A stretch of DNA of 64,000 bases. Source: Eledone cirrhosa (taxonomy: Eukaryota). The stretch is taken from assembly GCA_964016885.1 (NCBI GenBank), contig OZ024750.1:50592001-50656000 (forward strand), in the 5' to 3' direction. Every line of letters starts with the position of its first letter. Position 1 is the first letter of the stretch. The translations under genes were made by a program, and so were the position numbers. Below the pieces are notes generated by a model. That model made no database searches and was not told the origin of the DNA. It was given only the letters and a program-made list of their open reading frames with translations. Of the stretch, positions 14,769 to 31,360 are shown one piece after another.

Positions 14769-15814
14769 GATAAATCTACCAAAAGTTTACGGTAGTGTCC
14801 AATCCGTATGAAGAACTCAATGTAATCCGGATATCATGAAAAGAGAAGATGCATTCAAAAACTACTTTCGGTGAAAAATAAACGGAAAACAGAGTCAAGA
14901 TAAATTAATAAAATAATGAATAAACAAAGAAACAGTTCCTTATATTAAAAAAATTCATCATTTTACGATCGTTTCTAGGATATATATGTGTTAGAGATGG
15001 TATGCATATTCTATAGATCTATGTACAATATTTATACAAACTATCAGAGGGAATATACATACCTACACATATATATGCTGTCTTCAGAAATAATGATATT
15101 TGTTTATTGAAAAAAAACAAAGATTCAATACAATAGGTCTGTTTGGGAACAGGTTTTGAATTGACCAATAGAGAGATAGTGAGGGTCAAGATAGTAATAT
15201 AGTAGTAGAAGAACCTTAAATTATGGGTAGAGGAAGGTAGATTTCAGTTTTGGATGGAAAAGAATATTATGAATGAAGGATTATTTTAGGGAAGAAATAG
15301 GTCTTATGCTGACCTCAGAAATAATTTTATTTGTTCATTGAATAAAACCAACAAAGATCTAATATGTTCTGTCTGTTTGGTAAGAGGTTTAGAATTAACC
15401 AATAGAAAGTTAATAATTGGCCAAATGGTAAAATAGTAGTAATTGAAGCTTATTTTAGGGGTGAAAATAGGTCAGGTGGTCAGTAAAAGGTATACAAGCA
15501 GTTGCTGTTATAAAATAGTAATGCCAATACAAATATCTAAGGTGACTAAAGTTTTACGATAAGAATGTTAGTGAAAAAAATACATCTATGAAAAGAATAT
15601 AAATTAATTTAATTGATTGGTATATTTATATTGATAAAATTACACTAATACATATAGATATGATAAATAAGAGTTAGATGCAGTTGAAAAGTGTTGTTAA
15701 AGATGAGGGGAAATTAAAAGAATATAAAAATAATCTATATATATATATATATACATATATATACACATACACACACACATATACACACACATATATATAT
15801 ATATATATATACAC

Positions 15815-15867
<53 letters not shown>

Positions 15868-16890
15868 CATGCATATATACATACATACATATATATATAC
15901 ACACACACATACACACTTACATATACATATAATTATTGGGTGGGGGGTTAAATTTATTAGTGAGAGATAATAAATATATATAGTTTTAAAGGAACATAGA
16001 GTCATAACCTGAAGTTAAAGCATTATATATGTTTACTTAATGGTATCAGTTTTAGGAAATGATAGTTGTAAGATGGAAAGCAAACTTATGTAGTTCATCA
16101 GTAGTAGAATATTAATTATAGGTTAACTAAATTAAAAATAGTTTATATATTAATTTCTAAAGTGTATATTAATTAGGTTTATAATATTTGAAGGTTTTTC
16201 TCAGTTTATGATTACACGATATTATTAATTCCTGTCGCTTATTTAATAGGATATCCTTAGATTTCATTATTTCAAAAAGTTCTTGGGAACATAATCTACA
16301 TTCATATCTACTATTTTGATAAGGGGTGGCCCTTTTGAGCACACTCCTAGTCGGGTCATAATCTATATTCCTCTTTCTATAACTATTAATTATTTCAGCT
16401 AGAGATGTTGTATTAGCTAGTGCGGCATTTTTAAAACTAGCTAATACAACATCTCTAGCTGAAATAATTAATAGTTATAGAAAGAGGAATATAGATTATG
16501 ACCTTCATTATGACCTTCATTCATAATATTCTTTTCCATCCAAAACTGAAATCTACCTTCCTCTACCCATAATTTAAGGTTCTTCTACTACTATATTACT
16601 ATCTTGACCCTCACTATCTCTCTATTGGTCAATTCAAAACATGTTCCCAAACAGACCTATTGTATTGAATCTTTGTTTTTTTTCAATAAACAAATATCAT
16701 TATTTCTGAAGACAGCATATATATGTGTAGGTATGTATATTCCCTCTGATAGTTTGTATAAATATTGTACATAGATCTATAGAATATGCATACCAACTCT
16801 AACACATATATATCCTAGAAACGATCGTAAAATGATGAATGTTTTTAATATAAGGAACTGTTTCTTTGTTTATTCATTATTTTATTAATT
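14769..16890 (-). mobile_element. 5'-truncated Naiad/Chlamys-type PLE with fold-back and inverted pLTR
   Basis: 16190-16438(-) SFKNAALANTTSLAEII...KRATPYQNSRYECRLCSQELFEIMKSKDILLNKRQELISCNHK; hairpin 16354-16503; 16510-16890 is an inverted copy of 14910-15285. Confidence 0.85.
16698..16837 (+). ncRNA. Type I hammerhead ribozyme with ~105 nt stem II (mirror copy 14956-15095, - strand)
   Basis: CATTATTT-CTGAAGA-cagcatatatatgtgt...acacatatatatccta-GAAA-C(GATC)G-TA-AAATGATG. Confidence 0.85.
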
Positions 16891-17031
16891 TATATATATA
16901 TATATAAACAGGTTACTAAAACGCGTGCATGTGTACAGATATAGCTCAAAACATACAGATTCACACATGCAATGACGCCCACACACACACACACATACAA
17001 ACATGTATACCCAAACATGCACACACACACG

Positions 17032-17105
<74 letters not shown>

Positions 17106-17322
17106 CATACATAAGTAATAACCGAGTTTATGTCTAGATTCCAATGAAAGTGTTTTGTTTCTGTATTTGTCATCCCCCTCCGTCTCTCTCTCTCTCTCTT
17201 CATTGGTGAAACATTCTCAAATAATTGTTTCTACTTTTGTCAAATACCAGAACGTACAGGCATACATCCATACATACATACTTCTATCCAAATATACATA
17301 CATCCAAACATACATACATACA

Positions 17323-17933
17323 TGGTGGTGGCTGCCAACTCGTTTTCGAGTCCGGCCACTACCTTATATCCATGTAGGAGAACCCTTACCGATGCGCTGA
17401 ACGTGTGTGACATTTTAGTCCAGCCAACGACTTGAAAACTCTGGTACAAACACTAGACTTGTGACAATTATTGACACATAGTGCTGGGACCATGGTACCA
17501 TGTGACGACAAGTGCAGAGAGATCTCCAGATATAAAGCAATGCCTGTGCCGTGAAGCTTTTATAGTGAGCAAAGGCACTGGACAAAGTCAGTCCCACTCT
17601 CTTAACCAAGATGATATTTACCAACAAGAAGAACAAGTCAACATCATTGGATACCATCAGAGTTGCAGGTGTTATATCAGAGTTTTCCTTCTCCTAGAAT
17701 TCTGCCTTGACAAAGGCTAAGGGTTTATCTCTCCCGGTGATTTTGGATGGCCATTGACTCTTAAGAGCTCATTTGACCTTTGACAGGTTTTGTTTTTAGT
17801 CCTGCAGGATGTCCAAAGTCACCCTCCTCACCAAGAAACCTTGGTGGGGTTGCCAGTTTAGTCGCCAACGACCCGACCATGGGACAGGTTGTACTGGGAT
17901 AAATGTTACCAGTAACACCAACTGGTGACCTGA
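17323..17933 (-). mobile_element. Family A bipartite RTE-derived element, with (ATGT)n tail
   Basis: Co-linear with 8119-8738 and 45692-46300. Confidence 0.88.
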
Positions 17934-17949
17934 CATACATACATACATC

Positions 17950-19890
17950 AATGCGATCAGTCGCATATTTTGGCGTGGGAGACTATTTATTAAATTTAAG
18001 ATGAATACTATCTCCGACAGCAATGCCACAACTACAGTCATGTTGAATAACTGGTTATTCTTCTAACTATATCATCTGAAGACATATTTTATTCGAATTC
18101 GTAAAGATATCCGACTAAATACATAATTCATTTTACAAGGATTTGCTACAAACAGCATGGCTGAACACAACATCAACAACAAAAATATTAAGGAAGTAAC
18201 GCAGATAAACAACGAGAAAGCTAAACAAAATTTATTCAGTTGTAGTTACAGAAGAAACCGAAATTATAAATCGCATTTATCTTGGAGTTGCGAACTTAAT
18301 GATTTATTTAATTGTTATAAAATGGCAAAAAAACAACCCCTCCATTGGCTATATGAACAGAATGAAGCTACACTGGGACGAAATGCAGCCAGAGCTAAAT
18401 TATTTCACAGCGAAACAATTACGCCAGCAATCGACGTTTGTTGAACGTAAAAATAAGATAAATATTATTAATTGTAAGTCCCCCTCAACAAACGTGGGAT
18501 CAACAACACGTGCTACAGGTCGCCATGCTACTAGACTTCCTAGCACCCAGGTCGAACAGCCTCTTGTAACAACTATGCCTGTAAGAAACTTGACACCACC
18601 CGTACTATCTAAGTCTACCTCGAATGCTGTGGAAAACACTATCGATAATTATAATAATCGAAGAAATTTGACACCACGTGTACCATCCGAGTCTACCTCG
18701 ACTATTGTGGATAATACTATCGATAATGATAATCAAAAGTATAAACAATTGAACATTTCACACAACGAAATCTTCCAGAGAGAAATTAATTCATGTATAA
18801 ATATCTCTATTGCTGAACTTATTAAAACGATAATGTTGAATAAAAAACCAAATAATGAAATATTACGTGTTATTGACGAAATAGGGAATGAATATTTACG
18901 ACGGATAAAAACCCCAACATATTGGCAAATCAACGCCTATTTATATACCTGAGCAACGACAGTAAAGCATTATCTTGGTGATAGCAGATATATTAACGAG
19001 AACAAACACCACCAAAAATACCATCATATATAACTAAAATAGAAAAAAAAGATTTCTGACCTACGAACAATCATAGGACATGTGACAATACTCCTTACAT
19101 GCAAACAAACACAAACAAACTTCACTCCTCAGCAACAAGGAGTGAAAGATAAAATAGAGACGATGTTTGGTAACAGTAGAACCAGAACTCCTCAATATAA
19201 GCTGATCACCCTCAAACAAAAATTGAGAGCTGTTAACGAAAAACGCCGATACCTTAAGAAGGTAGATGAAAGAAAAGTGCTTAATAAAAGGTTCAGATGA
19301 AACCAAACATCAGTCTATAGATATATGAAGGGCAAAATAATAAGTGTCACTGAGGCCCCATCCCAGAAAGACATAGAGTCCTTTTGGAGAAAAATATAGG
19401 GTGAAAAGAAGAATTTCAACCAATATGCAGTGTGGCTAAAAGAAATCCGAAAGAACTCTTGCTCCTACACTACAACAAAAACATACGAAATAAGTGAGGG
19501 TACCCTTGAGACTGTGACAGGAAAACTCCGAGATGAGAAAACACCAGGTTGAGACATGATTGTCGGCTACTGGTACAAAAAAAAACTATATTTTATCGGA
19601 GGTATCTTACTGAACTTTACCAATAAGTTCTTAAGGGAGATACACTTATACCAGAATGGTTGACATTAGCACAAACATTACTGGTCCCCAAGAACAAAGA
19701 CACCCACTTGGCAAAAAACTACCGACCCTTCACATGCCAGAACCTGATGTATAAGATGTATACATCCTGCCTGAACCTATTCCTTCAAGATCACTGTGAA
19801 AATAATAACAAGCAGTTGGAAAGAAAGGGTTTGGGGACGTGCTGAACAACTAATCAACAAAACTGTGATGTCGGCGGTGTAACAACTTAC
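17950..19890 (+). mobile_element. Dong/R4-clade LINE, 5' half (N-terminal region and start of RT), decayed
   Basis: GYMNRMKLHWDEMQPELNYFTAKQLRQQ; KTPG*DMIVGYWYKK; PEWLTLAQTLLVPKNKDTHLAKNYRPFTCQNLMYKMYTS; begins after (ACAT)n. Confidence 0.85.
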
Positions 19891-21517
19891 GAGGAATATG
19901 ACTAAGTCTTCCTAAATATAAACATAGATATAATAAACTACTCTAAAATGTCTATACTTCCAATGTCTTAAATAAAATATACGTAAGATAAATGTCTATA
20001 CTAAATATAAGGATATCTATAGAATCCTTGGGTTTTTTAAATCTTTTAAATTTTAAAATTTTTAAATTCTTTAAACTTTTTTTAATTTTTTAAATTTTTA
20101 AATTTTTAAATTTTTAAATTATATTGATATAATATTTATTTAACTTTTATTTTTATTTTTATTTTTTTATTTATTTTTATTAGTTTTGTTTTGATTCTGA
20201 TAGCTTCTCATAATTTTCACAAGTCTACCCTTTCAATATCTTGATTGAAATATACGTAGAATAAACTTCTATACTAAATATATGAAACATATTATTTTAA
20301 CTTAAGATACTCTATAGTGTTTTAAACATATTTAATGCTTTGATATTTCTAGAATTCGTTTGTCCTTTTGACTCTACTGATATAATTATATTTCCAAAAT
20401 ATAATCCTTTGGTATTTTAAATTGATATTGTTATAATTATATTTCCAAAGTATAATCCTTAGTAATATATTGATATTTGATTATCTCTATACAAATGTGT
20501 ATGTGTGTATTAACATGCATATAAAAGTGTTATAGGTTTTTTATGATTGTATATATGTCTGTATGTATACATGAGCGATGCGGGAAGACGCACGCAAATA
20601 TCTATTCATACATATATATGTGTATATATATATATGTATATCTATGTGTGTGGGTAAGAGATATGTTGCCTAACCACGCAGTTTTGATTGCAGATATGCA
20701 TAATTTTAACAGAATGTTAAATGCATGAATGGTAATCGTATATATGAAGACATGAATGTTAATCGTATATATTTATGTATATATACTGTGAAATTTTTTA
20801 TAACACAAGGAATGTATAGCAGTGATTAAGAGAAATCGTCTGCGTTTCGTATGTCTATATTGTTGACTTTAGTAAATAAATTTTCAGGACGTGCGTATAT
20901 ATATATATATATATATTTGTGTGTCTCTGCCTAAGATACTGATTTCTCTAGCATTTTGGTTGATTAAACCCAAATTTTGGTATATTGATCTCAAGTTTTA
21001 AACTAAACATGTAGTCATTATTGAACAATGTTTAATTTCTCATATTATATATATATGTCCCATTCATGAATATTAATATTTATATTTTTATTATAGATTT
21101 CATATAAATTGTTAACTCAACTTAATATGACATGACGTAAAGTTTTCACTATCTCCCCCTCTCTCTATATAATATTTCTCTCTCTTGTGTTTTACTATCT
21201 GTCTGATGACTTAATATCTCTCTGTTGCTTTCCTATGTTTTTCTTATTTCTTATTTCTTCCTTTTTTCTTTCTTTCCTCCTGTCTTTATTTATCTCCTTC
21301 TTTTTTCTCCATGCATTTCTCTCTCTCCGATACTTCTCCACGTTTTTTCTTTCTCTCTCTCCGCCTTTTTCTTTCTCTCCGTCTTTTTCTAATTGTCCTT
21401 AACACTATGACTTATTAAAATAATATAAACAACTCACTATCCGGATGGCTTCCAAAAATAATGGTTGCATTTTAATAGGGTACGTCAAAGCTTATTTGTA
21501 AAACTGTTATATATTGT

Positions 21518-21580
21518 ATTTTGTCTGATGAAGGCATACCATAATTTAATGTGGTATCCCTGAAATATGTATAATGAAAT
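21518..21580 (+). ncRNA. Minimal type I hammerhead ribozyme in a solo pLTR
   Basis: ATTTTGT-CTGATGA-AGGCATACCAT...GTGGTATCCCT-GAAA-T(ATGT)A-TA-ATGAAAT; flanks resemble 7780-7890. Confidence 0.8.
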
Positions 21581-21707
21581 AAAAATGGTTTTATAAATAT
21601 AGTTTCCATTTATTAATATCGTATATATTTATATATATATATATGTAATATACAGTATATATATATATATACAGTATATATATATATATATATTTATGTA
21701 TATACAA

Positions 21708-21753
<46 letters not shown>

Positions 21754-21779
21754 CGTTTCTGAATTTATTTAACAATATT

Positions 21780-22942
21780 ATTTATCTGAAAACGTGTGTT
21801 GAAACCGATATTGTTATACTTTGGCAGGGTCATGGTGCCAATAAGAAACACACGCACCAGATGCTTTCACTTCAATTTATTATAATAAATTCATAAATTT
21901 AGGAATTTATAAATTTCCGGTTGGTTGGTTGGTTCCACAACCAGATGGTTGTTTATATATTGCCAAAGTTCTTTCATCACACATTATGTGACCTCTTCAG
22001 TGACTGGGGATTATTTTCTTTGTTTTTGTGCCTCTCCTTTGTTCTGTCCTTGTTTCTGTGTGTGTGTGTTGTGTGCTCAGTCTGCGCATGCGCCACATCC
22101 GGGTGTCTGTGTGTGTTTATATTCGTTTATTTATTTGTTTATTTACATGTTACAGGTTGGTTGTTTGTTCTATGTGCGTGTGTGTTTTCATTGTGTCCTT
22201 AATTGTAAGTTGTGATGTTGCTGTTCCACTCATATTTTCTATTTAATTTTGGTTGTAATTCTTTTATGTTTATTGCCTCTGTGATTTGTCTAAACATTGC
22301 GTCTTTTCTGTGTGTAGATTCTATTTTTATTTCTGTTTTCTAATTTACCCTTATGTACTATTTTAGCATGTTGGTAGAGTACAGATGATTCTTTATTATC
22401 TTGAAGGTCTCGCCAGTGTTCATTTATCCGTTCCCCTACACTACGAGCTGTCTCACCTATGTACACTATATTTTTGTCTCTACATTGTCCTCCAGTAGAT
22501 CTTATGCTATACACTACATTTCTAGTTTTACAGTTAATATGGGGGCTTATTTTACCGGTTATACATTTCTTATCTATACAGAACAAACAACCAACCTGTA
22601 ACATGTAAATAAACAAATAAATAAACGAATATAAACACACACACACACCCGGATGTGGCGCATGCGCAGACTGAGCACACAACACACACACAAAAACAAG
22701 ATGGCGTAGGACAGAAGAAAGGAGAGGCACACAAACACAGAAAAGAATCCCCAGTCATTGAATAGGTCACATAATGTGTGACGAAAGAACTTTGACAATA
22801 TATAAACAACCATCTGGTTGTGGAACCAACCAACCAACCGGAAATTTATAAATTCCTAAATTTATAAATGTATTATAATAAATTGAAGTGAAAGCAGTTG
22901 GTGCGTGTGTTCCTTATTGGCATCATGACCCTCCCAAAGTAT

Positions 22943-22945
<3 letters not shown>
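21780..22945 (-). mobile_element. 5'-truncated PLE with inverted pLTR (21825-22170 / 22578-22945)
   Basis: INCKTRNVVYSIRSTGGQC...VYIGETARSVGERINEH...SVLYQHAKIVH at 22290-22575. Confidence 0.9.
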
Positions 22946-22997
<52 letters not shown>

Positions 22998-23002
<5 letters not shown>

Positions 23003-23606
23003 GGAAAAAATGAAACGAAATTTCATTTCCCACTCTTAGTACGGCTGTTACTTAAATATAAGTATGTATACGTACATACATATATGTATACAGACGTACA
23101 GTAGTATGTATATATATATACATACATGCACATATATATATATATGTACGTATGGATTCACCGAACATTTATTATAATGCTCGGTGTGTTTGTAAACAAA
23201 CATCCCGAATTAAACCGTACAGTGTCTAGCAACCATCGTTGCTCATTTGTTCAACACAGACAAAGGAACGCTGTACTAGTTTCAAGCTTATTAGCTATCG
23301 TCAACAACGTATACCTTCCTGCCAGATGATTGACACAGGTGATTGGCAGGAAGGTATACGTTGCTGACGATAGCTAATAAGCTTGAAACTAGTACAGCGT
23401 TTCTTTGTCTGTGTTGAACAAATGAGCAACCATGGTTGCTAGACACTGTACGGCTTAATTCGGGATTTTTTGTTTACAAACACACCGAGCATTATAATAA
23501 ATGTTCGGTGAATCCATACGTACATATATATATATATGTGCATGTATGTATATATATATACAGACTACTGTACGTCTGTATACATATATGTATGTACGTA
23601 TACATA

Positions 23607-23612
<6 letters not shown>
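22998..23612. repeat. Fold-back pLTR (23058-23325 / 23344-23612); third copy at 59845-60200
   Basis: Near-perfect reverse complement around a short spacer; bounded by (TA)n. Confidence 0.9.
23358..23400 (+). ncRNA. Minimal hammerhead ribozyme with palindromic stem III
   Basis: ACGTTG-CTGACGA-TAGCTAATAAGCTT-GAAA-CTAG-TA-CAGCGT; copies at 23268-23311(-) and ~59878-59921(+) carry C3>U. Confidence 0.88.
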
Positions 23613-23686
<74 letters not shown>

Positions 23687-24769
23687 ATGCTAGAATGCTG
23701 AGAATGCAGTAAATTTCCAGTAAATTACATGCATACAGGTTTTCTTCTAACGAAATAGCATTTTTGCCCCTGATCACACATCTTTTCCTATTACCGTGTT
23801 TATATATGTGTTTGTCTCTCTCTCTTTCTCTTTCTCTCTCTGTGTTTGTGTGTGTAAATACTTTTATAGACACAATGTCTTCATTAATATCCAAGTGGTT
23901 GCCGTGGGAGAAATAAATTTGTTTCCTTTCTGGTTTGTTATATGTAGCTTCAAACTGAAACTTATATACAAAACACATGTGAAGAAGTGAAAGAAGTGAA
24001 AATAGATTTTTTCCAAAAATTGCACACTTTACATTGCTATTGATTCTTATGTATATATACTTTTTCATTATTATTTGGAAAACGCATGTAATGTCTAATT
24101 TGATCGATTGCTTACATGGTGCAAGTAAAAAACCACTGCTAAGTAATATAGTATTATTGTTATTGTTATCATTATTACTATTTGTACTTGTGTTATGATG
24201 AAAATGGAGGGTTTTCCAGATCTGGAGAACATCGGCATAGATTTCTAGCAGGACATAGTTATGGATGGTTACGGTCTGTGTTCAAATCCCACCGACTTTG
24301 CCTGAATATTCTGTGAAATTCTGGAATTGTTTTAATCAGTTACTATATAGAGTATCTTTGTATTAACTTGGTAGATTTTCAGTATAGGTTATGAATCGGA
24401 ATAAATAGTGGTATTGAGTTATGCATTGTTATATTCTGAGTTCAAATCCGGCTGAATTAATTTCTACATTTTATTTTGCTCGCGTAGACAACATACATTT
24501 CCAGTGAAGTATAGGGGCTAATTCAATCGAACAGAAATATTATGAATGGAGTGGTGATATTTTGAGGAGTTTATTTATAGATATTTTTGTTCTGAGTTCC
24601 AAACTAATCATGGCCATCTCTACTAATCATGACTCCAGCGCGGATAGAATAAACTACCAGATTTACTGACATCTTTATAATCGGCTACTATTTACATTAG
24701 TAGGTGTTTATTATAAAATCCCATAAAATAAACAATATATATAAATCATACAGAAAACGCTAGCACCAA

Positions 24770-24990
24770 CAGTTTTCCAAGATATGAATGGACTTGTTAT
24801 TTTTATCAAAATACATTTTTTTCTAATTCCAACATGCCCGTCCCGTCAATCTATCTTATTTCTCATTCTTTCTACTCATGAAGGACTAGCGTCCGAAACG
24901 TTAAGACTCTCTTCGTGCAATATCAAGCGTTAACCGTTCCATATACTGTACCGATTGAGTTATTATTTCTGATTACCTTTTACACAAACA
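24770..24990 (+). mobile_element. PLE pLTR fragment with a degenerate hammerhead (homolog 55095-55225, - strand)
   Basis: tcaatctatcttatttctcattctttct...aaggactagcgtccgaaacgttaagac is shared. Confidence 0.7.
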
Positions 24991-25273
24991 CATACACACA
25001 TATATATATATATTCATTAAGTAAGAATATTTTCGAAACAGTGAGCGGGTTTGAAATGATTAGAAATGTAAGCTATCGCCGTATTTTGACTAAAGAAATT
25101 AAAGAAATTATTTAGCCTGATAGTGAGGTTAAGAACCCCCAGAGAAACGGAAAACGATGAGTATTGACGTACATGGGAGTTGAACCAACATCTTTGGTTA
25201 TCCAGACCATTTACACCAACATATCACCCGTCTTTTTCCATTCAAATTAGAAGCTATACACTTAGCGAGTGTA

Positions 25274-25376
<103 letters not shown>

Positions 25377-25603
25377 TACATATATATATATATACAGAGA
25401 GCTTCTGACAGGAACTAAAAGATTGATTCTTTTTAGCTTCCCGTCCCCACGTAACATTTGTAAATCAGTGGCTAGTTGAGAGATAGAGTCCTATCGGTTG
25501 CCAGTTGCAAATCGCTTTACCGTGTCGGTTGTCACAAACAGTCGTGACCGGCATGGGCCGGTGTTTGCATTCTGTCGATCCTTTGGTTATTGATTAGGCG
25601 ATA

Positions 25604-25713
25604 CCCGCTGATGAAGCCGCATAAGCCGATTGTGCATTGTTGCATAATATATGCGCACAGATGGTGCAGTGCATCTTACTGCTGCATTAGTGCGGCCGAA
25701 ACTCGAGTCTGGG
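25604..25713 (+). ncRNA. Type I hammerhead ribozyme with ~83 nt stem II
   Basis: CCCG-CTGATGA-AGCCGCA...TGCGGCC-GAAA-C(TCGA)G-TC-TGGG, inside a GC-richer island between (TA)n tracts. Confidence 0.82.
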
Positions 25714-26025
25714 AACCTTATAGGCACCCGTTTTACGTGTGTTGTGTTGAGGCAAATAACTATGTGTATATTCTGGTAATGTATCTTACATTTCCCATTG
25801 AGTACGCTGAGATACAACCGGTACTGGCATTGATAAATATGCTGTGTCCGTCAACCCTTATTATATATATATATATATATATATTAAAGAGTTAAACAAG
25901 ATTCAATGAGTACATCAAATAATGAGTTTTACAGTAGATTGGAAGCACTCTACAAGAGATATTTTCCAGAGTTATTAATATTGATTCAAATATTAACATA
26001 ATAGATATTCGTGTGATCAATTAAA

Positions 26026-26090
26026 TTTTATTATACATATTTCAGAGATACTGAATCAAGTTCAACAGTACGTCCTCATCAGATAAAATA
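26026..26090 (-). ncRNA. Minimal type I hammerhead ribozyme (pLTR family 25885-26140 / 28720-28930 / 60240-60790)
   Basis: TTTTAT-CTGATGA-GGACGTACTG...CAGTATCTCT-GAAA-T(ATGT)A-TA-ATAAAA. Confidence 0.8.
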
Positions 26091-26816
26091 AAATGATACA
26101 TGACATACCCTGACATGTTAGATGGTTAAGATTTAATCAAGGTAGTGATTAACTTATGAGAAAACTCAATATTTATACCCTAATATTGAGAACATGCGAA
26201 AACGTAATAGAATCAATAGAGAGAGTGTGAATAAGAAAAACATTGCCTTAATGCAACAGTTATAGAGTTTTTAAAATTTGAAATACTACTATAGAACTAT
26301 AGAGGAAGACGTATCTGGAGTAATAATTTATATAGTATTTAGCTTGAGAAGACAACTGTCAGATAATTAAAGAGTGGGAGAGTCAAAGGGGAGTAATTTA
26401 TGCTCAAATTTTCTTTAGACACACATAAACATATATAGCTTTGGCGGTTAAATTTCAAAATATTAATTTATGTTATTTTAGGGTAAAGAATCAAAATTTT
26501 AGGTTTTAAAAGTTGATGGTTATTTGTATTAATTTTATAATATAATTGTGTTAATTTTCCAAAATTCAAAGTTTTATGAAAACAATATCAAAGGATTTAC
26601 GAAGCCCGCGAAAGAAAGGAAATATAAATGTAATGTTCAATATTCTCACAAAGGTAATCTTTAACACAATTACTTGTAACTCTGACAACATTTTCTATAA
26701 TATAATATATGAGATATTTACAGTTATAACTATTAAAGAATTTATTGTTAAATAGTTATAGTGCCAAAGTATTAGCAGGTCTTATAATTAAACCTAAAGT
26801 TGTCAGAGTTTTCAGC

Positions 26817-26847
<31 letters not shown>

Positions 26848-26848
<1 letters not shown>

Positions 26849-27025
26849 ACGAAGGAAATGTGGTAAGGAACCAGGTGGACCATAACGCACCAAAGTACTC
26901 AATACTTAGGCTAGTAGAGTGGGTAATAGGAACCAGTAAGACCCCGACGCTGAGCTCAAGCCGTTTCGACGGCTAATTAGCCGTCGAAACGGCTTGAGCT
27001 CAGCCGTCGGGGTCTTACTGGTTCC

Positions 27026-27027
<2 letters not shown>
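26848..27027. mobile_element. Short repeat ending in a ~100 bp near-perfect palindrome (homolog 33668-33851)
   Basis: taggaaccagtaagaccccgac...ctaattag...gtcggggtcttactggttccta; flanked by (TA)n. Confidence 0.75.
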
Positions 27028-27086
<59 letters not shown>

Positions 27087-27769
27087 TGATCATAATATCA
27101 AGACTATAATTTATTATTTGTTCATATATTATATTAAGAAATTATATTGGTTCTATCTTCTAGGGAAGACCGAACTCTAATTATGATTATGTTATTATAC
27201 AATATAAATATATTTGTACAAACTATATATAGAGATATACCGAACTATAAATAGGATTATGTTATTATACAATATAAACATATGTGCACAAACTATATAT
27301 AGAGATATACTAAGTATTAATGAGACGGTATACATTTAATAAAGAATAACGATTATAATCTTTGTTAGTAGTTTCGTACATGTGTAACTACGATTATGTT
27401 ATTACACAAGATAAAGATATTTGCACAAACTATACATTGATATACTAGATATTAATAAGACGGTATATATCCAATAAAACAGCGATTTCAAACACTGTTA
27501 GTAGTTCTACCTCCAGTTTGGTGGAGATATAAACCAATATTCGATGCTAATATTGTTTGTTAAAAATACATAAAAAGCAAAGCGCAAAGCCAACTTGGTT
27601 AGCCTTCAAAAACCATTTCCAAATGAGTAATATATATATATATATAAAATACATACATATATATAAAAATGTAAACGCAATGCTGCTTGTTCGTGTATAT
27701 TTACTCAACTTATAAAGCTTCCTTTCTGAAGCGGCCATTTCTGTTTGTTGAATAAAGCGATACAACATT

Positions 27770-31360
<3,591 letters not shown>

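Noticed and set aside
18584-18735. 78 bp in-frame duplication (RNLTP..S.STS..V.NTIDN)
   Set aside because: Lies in the variable linker of the Dong/R4 ORF; unremarkable
24260-24670. Recurring ctgagttcaaatcc motifs
   Set aside because: Highly decayed SINE B-like heads, not an independent array
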